Source: Gammaproteobacteria bacterium
Lineage (GTDB): Bacteria > Pseudomonadota > Gammaproteobacteria > GCA-001735895
Direction: 5' to 3'
DNA: 64,000 nucleotides
NCBI GenBank assembly: GCA_050298595.1
Contig: JBNKUM010000101.1
Coordinates: 1-64,000 of the forward strand
The first letter of the stretch is position 1; every line of letters begins with the position of its first letter. Both the position numbers and the translations under genes were made by a program. Of this stretch, positions 54,001 to 62,082 are shown one piece after another. Under the pieces are notes generated by a model. That model was not told the origin of the DNA and did no database searches. It worked only from the letters and a program-made list of their open reading frames with translations.

Positions 54001-55284
54001 GTAGCCAAATAAAATCTCGCGTGTTCTATCAAAAATATCATCCTTGACAGGAAGATGTCGGGTCAGGCTGATGCGATCGTTGAGTTGATCAACACTAATA
54101 TGCTGTGCTAGTAAAGTATTGAAAAAATCGTCAATGGGGTCGATACCCGTCCGCTTATTAGAAAATTTTTCTACCAGATGAGCTAGTGCCAGGTGATTTA
54201 AATATATACGACCGTCTTCTGTAGATTCAAGATGTATGCCACGCCCAGACTCGCGAATGCGAATGCGTATATAGTAGAGTGGAAATTGAAAAGTTTTAAG
54301 TGTCTTTTTTATGGTAAACAAACTATCTACAATTTCAAAACCGAGGTAAAAATCGCTGGTTCGGTCGCCGATAAACTGGCTTCTAAACTCACTGGAACGC
54401 TGTGCATCTAGCTCGAAGTAAAATCGACCTTCATTAAAGGCTTTTATTTCCTGCGTTGTTAAGGGAATAGAATACTGTAATAAGGGCGCTTTACTTTTTG
54501 AGTCTTGTGAATTTTCACTTTCTTCCTTCAGGCCGAGTAGGACTTTCCTGTCACCAAAAATTTCAGCGTAATCAACTCTGATGTCTTTTTCATGAAAACG
54601 CTCTCCTAACTTGGGCTGATAGTAATCCCCTCCAGCCTTTGACTTAGTTGATGGGTTATTCTGGGGTGGCGAGGATGGTGCTTTACTGATTGCATTTTTT
54701 TCATTACTGGATAGCTTCTCGGCCAGGTTCGGGCGATAATTCGTAATCCTTTGCAGTACATCCTTGCGCAAAGAAAGATCGCTAGTAATACTTTTGCTAC
54801 CCTTCACAAAACTGAATTGAAATAACTTGTGATAGGAAATAATGCTTTCTAGAACGTCGTTAGGATGTGCAAGTGCGCTGTTATAAAGAAGTGCATCCAG
54901 GGCATTAAGACTGCGTCGGCCAACAGTGATGTAACCAGAAGACCCAGAACGTTGTTCAATATCCTGAATAATAAGATTATCCAAATCCATTCGTGATGAT
55001 TTAAAATAAAAGTATTCGTGATTGGAAAAATTTACAGATCGCTCAAGCGGCGTGAGTGATTTAGCCGTTTTCTGTTCAATATATATTTCCCTTACACAAG
55101 CGCGAAATTTACCAAACACAAAACGGGGAACAAAAATTTTTCGCTTTTCACTGGTGTTTTCCAGGGCATAGACATAAAAACCATGATCATTTTTTATACA
55201 ACTGATACGAAATATGTTTTTTCTGTCAGCGCGTTTAGTAAGACTCTTTGGTTTGGTTCTGTGCTTAAAAAGTTTATATATCAT
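51031..55284 (-). CDS. Large superfamily-1 (Upf1/DNA2-like, AAA_11/AAA_12) helicase
   Basis: EGPPGTGKT, IIDEATQ, VVGDDKQ, LDEHYRC, LQGKERD and LNVLMSRPK; long helical insert between motifs I and II; unassigned N- and C-terminal domains. Confidence 0.88.
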   Translation of the reverse strand: MIYKLFKHRTKPKSLTKRADRKNIFRISCIKNDHGFYVYALENTSEKRKIFVPRFVFGKFRACVREIYIEQKTAKSLTPLERSVNFSNHEYFYFKSSRMDLDNLIIQDIEQRSGSSGYITVGRRSLNALDALLYNSALAHPNDVLESIISYHKLFQFSFVKGSKSITSDLSLRKDVLQRITNYRPNLAEKLSSNEKNAISKAPSSPPQNNPSTKSKAGGDYYQPKLGERFHEKDIRVDYAEIFGDRKVLLGLKEESENSQDSKSKAPLLQYSIPLTTQEIKAFNEGRFYFELDAQRSSEFRSQFIGDRTSDFYLGFEIVDSLFTIKKTLKTFQFPLYYIRIRIRESGRGIHLESTEDGRIYLNHLALAHLVEKFSNKRTGIDPIDDFFNTLLAQHISVDQLNDRISLTRHLPVKDDIFDRTREILFGYADENGLGGILGGLKFNGVECDLFSVNLYRAPKLQAPIDQALEHDLDRIHHIAHQKMNRFYDSLLGRFLTPELTAKTHNDTWLDDLTWVPGRLPQSTRKLFERLQCHDLLLLEGPPGTGKTHTIMNLLLQCICNKKRALIVSDQKGAIEALVEKIQQYLSSERNGHSSGRSHNDLLFNAIKIVDEIDVNNTNLTEVLDKLVKPLKTSNVGTINIRENIEKKLQTLDQQLAQLDATINNKLSLHMGSDLPFENIEPHKYEFQTNTSSLVEFLEILLDSKNKHRTLISNFINNRRQLIKANMEQCYSYFNLSSVNADPSRTNEDISILKGDISILSKLSKSMIESKEDFLELLGTSMRHELIRHLETVFEEQLLKSRRVLTRVEQKLRIGFRSELQRQAQLLLEMVNNQVQILKFSKSCSADLWKLLREIHESIRLNDRPNQALALFFSVSRNFNSAASNTHTSIQSDLEKIAKVYEQRDQLVYERLVACLHEIAQHATTTKHSSGTDASTRIMALIEDLKQFSSIPKSGAVFDEFKEALYETFPIWIVRKQVVPFLLPCKEQSFDLVIIDEATQCRVDDAMSLLFRAKKLLVVGDDKQTVLQKNSSTDDYLFKDHELDEHLRSTQARGFKGGGSHIFALVKSIKQASVMLDEHYRCPPEIIEFSNKYVYEDELKVMQWRLPEHPCPVVVDTSEFQVETSKKATSGKFKGIETQMIDRFMDYVERSIAEIETTSGKKINIDTDVALCYFLMKNEPYIKHVKDKLLNKLKRGEVLLDGAGAALQGKERDYIFYLWDVTRYNLAAFSQGDDEDKRKGELNVLMSRPKKKAFHFLHRNFEQLEHRRSNITHYLSQALLRQQQNSDSEQSAVSDENVSLFLSLLKFALNSSGQRGTKEALRRIQTQSIDIRTDIVVGDPLKVVDMIAFTKDIRKTIGIVDLAGFGAENNSSEAIIDYYFQLKRAVPNIDPVFMFPYELIDGHCEAFRSLITKLEAI

Positions 55285-55929
55285 TTATCTAACCAGCAAA
55301 GAAACGCGTCGATTTCTAGCGCGTGCGTCCCTAAGTTCTTTACCTCGCATACCCTTGGTGTCTACCACAGGTCGCGTGTCGGCATAACCAATTACACGGA
55401 GTCTGTTTGAGGAAAACCCGAGATGCATTAAATGAAGAATGACGCTACTAGCGCGCTTACCGCTCAGGCTCCAATTGGTTACAGTTTCGCCATCGATTAT
55501 TCTGTAGTAGGCGACGTCATCGGTATGACCTTCGACATCTATAAGATAATCCGTAGCAAGGATTACTTTGAGTAATGGGTTGATGGTGTTAAGTACGTCG
55601 TTCTTAATTACTGATTTACCTTGATCAAAAAAAATGTTGGTATCCAGATCAAGGCGTACACCATCGCTATCCGAGTGAACTGATGCACCGGGCACACCCG
55701 GTTGTCCTTTAATGATTTTATCGAGTGATTCTGTCAACTCAGCTAATGTATCCTTATTACTGCCACTCATCGCACTTCTAATCATTTCGAACGAGCCTAC
55801 TTCTATATTACTCATAGTCAGTAGCATCACGAAAAATACACATAGAATTACCATTAAGTCGCCGAAGCTTATGTAAAAAGCATCTAGCCCCTCGTCGTGT
55901 TTTTCTGTTGTTAATTCGTCAAGATTCAT
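55285..55929 (-). CDS. MotB/PomB-like protein with OmpA-type peptidoglycan-binding domain
   Basis: TM FYISFGDLMVILCVFFVMLL with the conserved Asp; plug-like helix; VEGHTD, NWSLSGKRASSV, GYADTRP and RNRRV. Confidence 0.9.
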   Translation of the reverse strand: MNLDELTTEKHDEGLDAFYISFGDLMVILCVFFVMLLTMSNIEVGSFEMIRSAMSGSNKDTLAELTESLDKIIKGQPGVPGASVHSDSDGVRLDLDTNIFFDQGKSVIKNDVLNTINPLLKVILATDYLIDVEGHTDDVAYYRIIDGETVTNWSLSGKRASSVILHLMHLGFSSNRLRVIGYADTRPVVDTKGMRGKELRDARARNRRVSLLVR

Positions 55930-56732
55930 TTAGCAGATTCCAGTTTGACATTCATTGTCACTGGATTTAGACGCCTGTTTTCTCTTTGTAAAAGGATATT
56001 AACTCGATTCATGAGCAACTTATGCGTTTCGACATAAAGTGTATTGTGATTTTCTAAACGACCGGCAAGTGGAGTAAATATCAGGGAGCCCAGGATCGAG
56101 CCGAAGGCAGTCGTCATCAGTGCCAGTGACATGGCGGGGCCTATCATTGACGGATCATTTAAGGACTGCAAAACTTCAATCAAACCAATGACTGTACCAA
56201 GAAGGCCTAAGGACGGAGCAATTTTTGCTCCTTTGTTTAGTAAAGAGACTGTGACTTTTTGTGTTAAATAAATACTAGCGACTTTATTTGCGATTAATTC
56301 CTCAATTTCTTCATAGAATAATTTTTCTTTTGCCATATGTACAATGTCATTGAGCAATTCGCCAGTAATCTCATCACCTGTGCGTAAACTAAATATGCTA
56401 TCTCCTGTAATAATAATTTCATCTAGCTCGTTAATCTGTGCAGTCACCGCATTGATTGGATTAATAAAAATAGAGCGAAAAGTGTGAGTTATTACCTGTA
56501 AAAATACGGCAAAATTAAACTGAAAAAGAAGGCACGCGAAGGTTCCGCCTAATACAAAGAAAAAGCTACGCAAATCTTTATATAATATCTCACTAGCTTG
56601 ACCGTTTTCGGCACTGAATCCCACAGCAGTCATAAGCGCCGCTATAAGCAGACAGGTGCTAACTAAAACCGATATAGGATCAATAATGTTTTTAGGTGGA
56701 GATAGATATTTATTTTCTTTCAGGCCATTCAT
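55926..56732 (-). CDS. MotA/PomA-like ion-channel subunit
   Basis: Four hydrophobic segments; VLGGT, APSLGLLGTVIGL and DPSMIGPAMSLALMTTAFG. Confidence 0.9.
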   Translation of the reverse strand: MNGLKENKYLSPPKNIIDPISVLVSTCLLIAALMTAVGFSAENGQASEILYKDLRSFFFVLGGTFACLLFQFNFAVFLQVITHTFRSIFINPINAVTAQINELDEIIITGDSIFSLRTGDEITGELLNDIVHMAKEKLFYEEIEELIANKVASIYLTQKVTVSLLNKGAKIAPSLGLLGTVIGLIEVLQSLNDPSMIGPAMSLALMTTAFGSILGSLIFTPLAGRLENHNTLYVETHKLLMNRVNILLQRENRRLNPVTMNVKLESAK

Positions 56733-56757
56733 ACAAGCTTCTCACAGTCGTTCTTTT

Positions 56758-57867
56758 TTAATCAGTAGATGTTGGTTTATCAATATTCGCCAGCTGATTT
56801 CGTCCTATGTCATATACCACTAGCTGCTCTTGTATTCCTCTTTTGTAGACACTCGTATCAGTACCGGGAAGCACAGAAAATCGGACGATGTAACCATCTA
56901 CTACGGATATCAGTATTTTCATTCCTCGCCGCAAGGATTTAATAGTTGCCTGCTCCATTGGATTGACGGCCATTATTTGAAAATCGTTTCGCTTTGAGTC
57001 ACGAGCCTTAAAAGTATCGTCCTCAACATAAAGAAGATCTGCTGTTCTTTTTTCCAGGTTTGCCATTTCAGCGTTGTCAAAAAATAATATACCAATTGGG
57101 ATGTTATCGTCTTCATCAAAGGTAATAAGACAACGTGATTTAAAACTCGGAACACGATCAAGCATGTGGGTTGGAATATCAATTAATTTTTTTAGTGATT
57201 TAACCTTTACGATACGCCGTTTTAGATCAACGTGTTCTACGCGACATATTTTAGTATTCGCCGGAAGCAAATCCGATGAGTTATTAGCAATCGCAGCCTG
57301 GCTGGCAGCCATTTTTTCGGCAATAAGCTGGTCAGTCAACAGACTTACCTGTTGCATTAGGGATTTGTTTTCAGAGGTAAGTTTCTCTACTACTTTCGCT
57401 AATGATTTATTCGATTTTAATTCTTCACTATGCCCCTTTTGCAGAAGTTCAGGGCCATATTTTTGCGATTGATGCCTGGCGATTTCGTTGTAAAAGCTTT
57501 GCAGGATGGTCCCGATACGATTTTTTTCAGGCAATTCGAAGCGGACACATGGCAAATATTCACTCACGTCTAATTCAGTCGAATTAGATGACGGATTTTC
57601 GGTGGCTTTTGCACGAATTGAGAACACAAAACTATCCAGGCAAGATAAAATATTTTCCAGATTTGCTACAAAGCCATGGGCTTCAAGTACAGTGCATATC
57701 GTTGTGACAGGATTTGAAAATAAGACTTTATCAATGGTTACGTAGAAAAACTTCTGATTTGTTTCATATTCCACGGCTGATAGATCGAGATTGAGTGACG
57801 CCTTACTTAGATTCGCCTCACTTGATTGCGATATGACTGTTAGTTTCTCTTTATCAAAAAAGACCAT
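56758..57867 (-). CDS. Hypothetical protein with central coiled coil and beta-rich C-terminal domains
   Basis: 369-aa ORF heading the operon; heptad stretch ELKSNKSLAKVVEKLTSENKSLMQQVSLLTDQL; no TM segment or signal peptide seen. Confidence 0.75.
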   Translation of the reverse strand: MVFFDKEKLTVISQSSEANLSKASLNLDLSAVEYETNQKFFYVTIDKVLFSNPVTTICTVLEAHGFVANLENILSCLDSFVFSIRAKATENPSSNSTELDVSEYLPCVRFELPEKNRIGTILQSFYNEIARHQSQKYGPELLQKGHSEELKSNKSLAKVVEKLTSENKSLMQQVSLLTDQLIAEKMAASQAAIANNSSDLLPANTKICRVEHVDLKRRIVKVKSLKKLIDIPTHMLDRVPSFKSRCLITFDEDDNIPIGILFFDNAEMANLEKRTADLLYVEDDTFKARDSKRNDFQIMAVNPMEQATIKSLRRGMKILISVVDGYIVRFSVLPGTDTSVYKRGIQEQLVVYDIGRNQLANIDKPTSTD

Positions 57868-58355
57868 TGTTTAATTCTTGCTCATTTTAGCTATGAAAAA
57901 ATTATGAAATCCATTTATCTCACTTTCACTTGCGTTAATATTTGCAGCCGCGCTTTATAATTTTGTCAAATGATCTCGTCATAGCACGTATCACAGAACA
58001 GCTGCAACAAACAGTCTTAAAACTATCGGCGAAGCATCAGTAAATCAAGAGAATCGAGTGTCCTGTGAGAAATTTTGCAAAATATGTCATCTACCAAAGT
58101 AATTATTTCAATCTCAAAAGATCTTTGGTAGCTGTCTTAAAAACGGTTAGTTAGATTAAATGCGACTTCATTTTATGGAAAAGATAGCGCCTCAGCTTCT
58201 TGAATAACAATAAACTAAAAATTATATTGTATTGTTGTAATCATTCTTATTGCCTTTCACGAATTGTTTGCTGGAACTGCGTTTTAGTGTAGTAGTTTTT
58301 TGTCTACTGAGGATCAGTTCTCTTTATTAATTTAAAAAATACAAACAAAATACGT

Positions 58356-58399
58356 AGAGGACTGCGCGGATAGCGACGTAACGATCAGCGTAGTCCTCT
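58356..58399. repeat. GTAG-initiated REP-like hairpin
   Basis: AGAGGACTGCGC...GCGTAGTCCTCT 12-bp stem with one G:T pair. Confidence 0.45.
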
Positions 58400-58724
58400 G
58401 GGTATTTTGTCTTAGAGTTGCTATGTCTGTATTACCTCGCCTTGCCGAGGCCTATGAGAGAAGCCCTTAGCGAAACATTATTATCTGTGCGGACAAACAC
58501 CGCCAGTGCTATGGCAGCAAATCCGCAACAGGAGTGTAAGAGATGTACTGTATTGACAAAGTTAAACGTATGCCAGAAGGCGAGCGTCAGGCTTGTCAAA
58601 TCTTTTGCCTGCCTGAGCGATCTACGGCTCTTGCAAAAATCAGGTTTCTGATAATTATATTAATTGTTATGAATGGCATGTTCGATCGGGGGTGTCTGTA
58701 GACAATAGCAGATGGAGTGTCTAA

Positions 58725-58994
58725 ATGATTTCGTATAATACCAGGTCACATCCCCGCTTATATTATTTAAACTTTGATTTCCAACTGATTTACATATTAA
58801 GTGGCTGTGGCGAGGATAATGTAGTACCCAGCGACACTGATCCGGCACCGATCCCAACAGGAGTTCCAACACTGACCAATCAGCTGCCGAGGGCCCGGAT
58901 CACTGCACACGGGAACTCCATCTCTGGACAGATGGTCACCCTGTATGGCTTCTTCTCTGAGTTGTCGCGGTTGAACCATGAAAATCCAGAATAA
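58725..58994 (+). pseudogene. Truncated lipoprotein with the start of a PKD/Ig-like domain
   Basis: Lipobox LSGC, Pro/Thr linker, then NQLPRARI...SGQMVTLYG before similarity breaks off. Confidence 0.45.
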
Positions 58995-59280
58995 TATTTT
59001 TGGTTACTCTGACTGGAAGTGGAACAGGCCATCTAATGCCTGGTATTCAATCTATGTTTGGGATCATTATGCCTATACTTTGGATTCCGATTCAGAAAGT
59101 ACTTGCTAAGTAATAAGACTTTGATACAGGTCAGTGTGTTTTGATGCCAGATTTGGATGATGTTTAGTTTTTGAGATTTGAGTGGAAGATTTGAGCAGGT
59201 GTCCTGTCAAGTTTAGTGGTGTAGTTTGTGAGTGGGCGGTTTGGTGGCTTACTTAGTTTTTTAGCGCTTAGTTATCCAGG

Positions 59281-60654
59281 GTGATAAATATGTTTAAGAA
59301 TTATTTGTTAATTTATGAACTTAAAGGCTTTACTCCTAAGTTCAGTATTCAGTTTAAATTCATTTTTGCCACTCTACTAGGTGGATTTCTAATTTACGGT
59401 AAAGCCGTTGCGGATTGGGAGACAGTTATCGATGGCGATTCGTTCAACAGTTACCAAAATTTTGAGTCAACCTGGAATTATCAATACCCCTGGGGGTCGG
59501 ACCATAACGGCACCGCCAGAATGTATGGTAGTTCATCCGATCACAATCACACTTACCTGAATAATGGCACCCTTACACTAAAAGCATCAAAAATCAGCTG
59601 GAACGAAGGAAACAGCGGCTCTGACCCTTATTTGCCTATTCACTACCACTCAGGTGCCGTTCACGCAAAGCACAAAGTTGTAATCAACGATAAATATCCC
59701 AACTATGAAATCAAAGCACGCATACAGGCGCCATCATCTCGAGGTACCTGGCCTGCCTTCTGGATGGCGGGTGTGGATAGCTGGCCACCCGAAAGCGACA
59801 TCATGGAATTCAAAGGGAGTAATGAGAACTGGCAGAACACCTATACTGGTAGCTGGCAGAATAAAAAGACCCGCGTTTCGAACCCAGGAAACTGGCATAC
59901 GTATCGTATATGGATGAGCAAGAAAAATGATACAGATGTTAATATTCACTATTACATTGATGGCCAGTGGCAGGCTCAACACGTCGCTAATTTCGTCAAT
60001 AAACCCATGTGGATAATTCTCAATCTACAAATGGAAGGCTCATCTGGTAATCCAGGCCCGAATAGCGATACCCACATGCTCGTGGATTGGGTATATGTCG
60101 GTCGTAGCGTGCAAGAGAGTGCTTCGCTATCTGACTACGCTTTCTGTGCTAACGAGTGGGAAACCTGTGTTTTTTCAGGCACCCGAGACGTAGCATACGG
60201 CGCAGATGGAAAGTTTTATCATCAAACTGCAACCAACAGTATCAGCTGTAATAACGAAACGTTTGGGGATCCTATTCGCGGTACCAGAAAAGCATGCTAC
60301 GTTTCCATGACTCCCTCTTACAAATCCATGTCGTTATCCGATGTGTCTACACCCAACAAATTAAGTTGTACTACAGGTAGTATTGATAGCTGGGAGAACG
60401 GATTTATACTAAATAACTTTACTGTCACCAATAACAGTGACGCCATTGTTAGAAATTGGTCAGCCGATCTAGTATTTGGTCGTTCCGTAACAATTACCAA
60501 TGCCTGGGGAGTCACTATATCAGGTACAGGAGACAAACTAACCGGAACCAATGTTGACTACAATGGTTATCTTGAACCTGGGCAAAGTGCAACCTTTAGC
60601 ATGCAGGGTATATCGAGCTCATCAGTCGACATGCCAGCCTGCAGCGCTGAATAG
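59281..60654 (+). CDS. Secreted GH16 glycoside hydrolase (endo-beta-1,3-galactanase-like) with a small Cys module and C-terminal CBM2
   Basis: YPWGSDHNG, WPAFWM and catalytic ESDIME (ExDxxE); module C..E..TC.FSG...YGADG...C.N..FGDP....KAC; CBM2 pattern (SWENGF, VTNNS, W, ITNAW, YNGYLEPGQS). Confidence 0.85.
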   Translation: MINMFKNYLLIYELKGFTPKFSIQFKFIFATLLGGFLIYGKAVADWETVIDGDSFNSYQNFESTWNYQYPWGSDHNGTARMYGSSSDHNHTYLNNGTLTLKASKISWNEGNSGSDPYLPIHYHSGAVHAKHKVVINDKYPNYEIKARIQAPSSRGTWPAFWMAGVDSWPPESDIMEFKGSNENWQNTYTGSWQNKKTRVSNPGNWHTYRIWMSKKNDTDVNIHYYIDGQWQAQHVANFVNKPMWIILNLQMEGSSGNPGPNSDTHMLVDWVYVGRSVQESASLSDYAFCANEWETCVFSGTRDVAYGADGKFYHQTATNSISCNNETFGDPIRGTRKACYVSMTPSYKSMSLSDVSTPNKLSCTTGSIDSWENGFILNNFTVTNNSDAIVRNWSADLVFGRSVTITNAWGVTISGTGDKLTGTNVDYNGYLEPGQSATFSMQGISSSSVDMPACSAE

Positions 60655-60759
60655 TTAGTCACCTTGACAGCCCCAAAGCAACCAATTTATTACAATCCAT
60701 TCTGGAGACAGAAATGGGCTAATAGTAACTATTGATCCGGCGATGCACCGTCCTTTCAA

Positions 60760-61191
60760 CCTGGAATCCGCAGTTGGACGAGTTGAAGTGCGTTTGAAGT
60801 GGTATAGATCAAGGCGTGACGACGCGGAATAGCCAGCTATTCCAGGGAGTTACAAAGCTTCCGCATCCTGCTCACGCCCCTTACCTATGTCCCTATAGGC
60901 AACGTGTCCCTATAGGCAACGTAGAGATACGCCGCCTCAAACGTGCAATTAAGCTCGTAGTGGGATTCACCTGCTGGGTTTTCAGGATGGCTGCTGTTAT
61001 TTCGCGAATGCATGGACGTAGGTGGTAGGGCGAAGCACGACTCCAGGGAGGGAGGAGGTAGGGCGAAGCAGGATGCCTGAGCCGAGGAAGCCAGAGCTGA
61101 TGCATAGGAGCGTGAATAGATAAACCGACTGTTATGCCCTACGAAACAGTGGGTTACCATCCAACCCGGGCGGTCAACTGCGGAATCTTGG
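60760..61191. mobile_element. Non-autonomous MITE-like element (432 bp)
   Basis: 17-bp terminal inverted repeats CCTGGAATCCGCAGTTG / CAACTGCGGAATCTTGG (14/17) flanked by a TTCAA direct repeat (60755-60759 and 61192-61196); no transposase. Confidence 0.7.
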
Positions 61192-61299
61192 TTCAAAGTG
61201 CAACCTTGCGGGGATGGAAAGACGGGCCTCCCTCCGCTCCCACAGTTTCGTTATCACAGGTGCAATATCTGGCTGTCCTAAAATGTGTTTTCAACCACA

Positions 61300-62070
61300 T
61301 CAATGCAGTGTTTTGCGGGCATTTACAATCGCTGATCCAGTTATTGACGTATCATGTACGTTCCACAGCCCCACTTCCAGAGAGTAAGGAGCAGCAAGTT
61401 TTGCATCCTCCAAACGCTTTGCGTTTTTATGGTAGACCCTGATACTTTGAAGGTCAGGACGTATCGCATTTTTAGCAATACTTCTGTAGTCTGGATTAAG
61501 CACCGTTAAGTGTTCATTATAATTCCAATCATAACGATCTAAAGCTTTGCATTGCCACAGCTCAAATTTAACATCAACAGAATCGCCTTTTCTTGCGCCC
61601 ATTACTGTCACGTTACTTTGTAGCTGAAATCCTCGTAGAGAAGTAAATAAATCACGTTCCTGATCACTTCCTCTAAGCTGAATTTGTGCAATCTCGGTTA
61701 TCGTTCCTCCAATTTCTACAAGGCTGTGGTAAGTCATGGAAATCTTTCCTGCGCCATTCCACCGACCGTCTTGTAGACGAGGAACGAGACCTGCCCACTT
61801 TTCTTCCTTTCCTATACGGGCTTTTTCCTCACTTAAAAATACTCGACGGTGATAACTCTCCGCAGCCTTTACTTTTTTGTGATTTATTAGATAAAGAGGT
61901 GCAGCAAATTGTATCAATGCCTTAGGGTCACGATTGTTGATATATGCTTGTAAAAATTTCGAAGAGAGAGGTACGTTGCCATTTAATTTCCGCTCTCCAA
62001 CCTTTGCAGCAAGCCGTTTATACCAAGCTGCCACTTCGGTTACACTGTAATTTGCCAATATATCACTCAT
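61300..62070 (-). CDS. Hypothetical basic protein
   Basis: 256-aa ORF with RBS; 12 bp downstream of the lipoprotein gene; contains DRYDWN. Confidence 0.7.
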   Translation of the reverse strand: MSDILANYSVTEVAAWYKRLAAKVGERKLNGNVPLSSKFLQAYINNRDPKALIQFAAPLYLINHKKVKAAESYHRRVFLSEEKARIGKEEKWAGLVPRLQDGRWNGAGKISMTYHSLVEIGGTITEIAQIQLRGSDQERDLFTSLRGFQLQSNVTVMGARKGDSVDVKFELWQCKALDRYDWNYNEHLTVLNPDYRSIAKNAIRPDLQSIRVYHKNAKRLEDAKLAAPYSLEVGLWNVHDTSITGSAIVNARKTLH

Positions 62071-62082
62071 CTCTAGTCCTCC

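Noticed and set aside
55285-56732. Calling the pair flagellar motAB/pomAB or canonical zorAB
   Set aside because: No flagellar context, rotor-contact motif apparently absent, no long ZorA tail and no ZorC/D/E-type partner recognised; gene symbols withheld.
58023-58049. Possible sigma28 promoter (GCCGATAG, minus strand) facing the motor-helicase operon
   Set aside because: The -10 matches, but the -35 position reads CTTGATTT rather than TAAAGTTT; too weak to infer flagellar regulation.
58400-58660. Possible c-di-GMP riboswitch or second MITE in a GC-richer intergenic patch
   Set aside because: GEMM core motifs and convincing terminal inverted repeats were not found; only loose hairpins.
60888-61070. 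CRISPR-like short direct repeats
   Set aside because: Only two copies of each, with no regular unique spacers and no cas genes.
60788-61250. Group II intron suggested by a GTGCG start and structured GC-rich sequence
   Set aside because: No domain V motif or reverse-transcriptase ORF seen; terminal inverted repeats plus a target duplication explain it better as a MITE.
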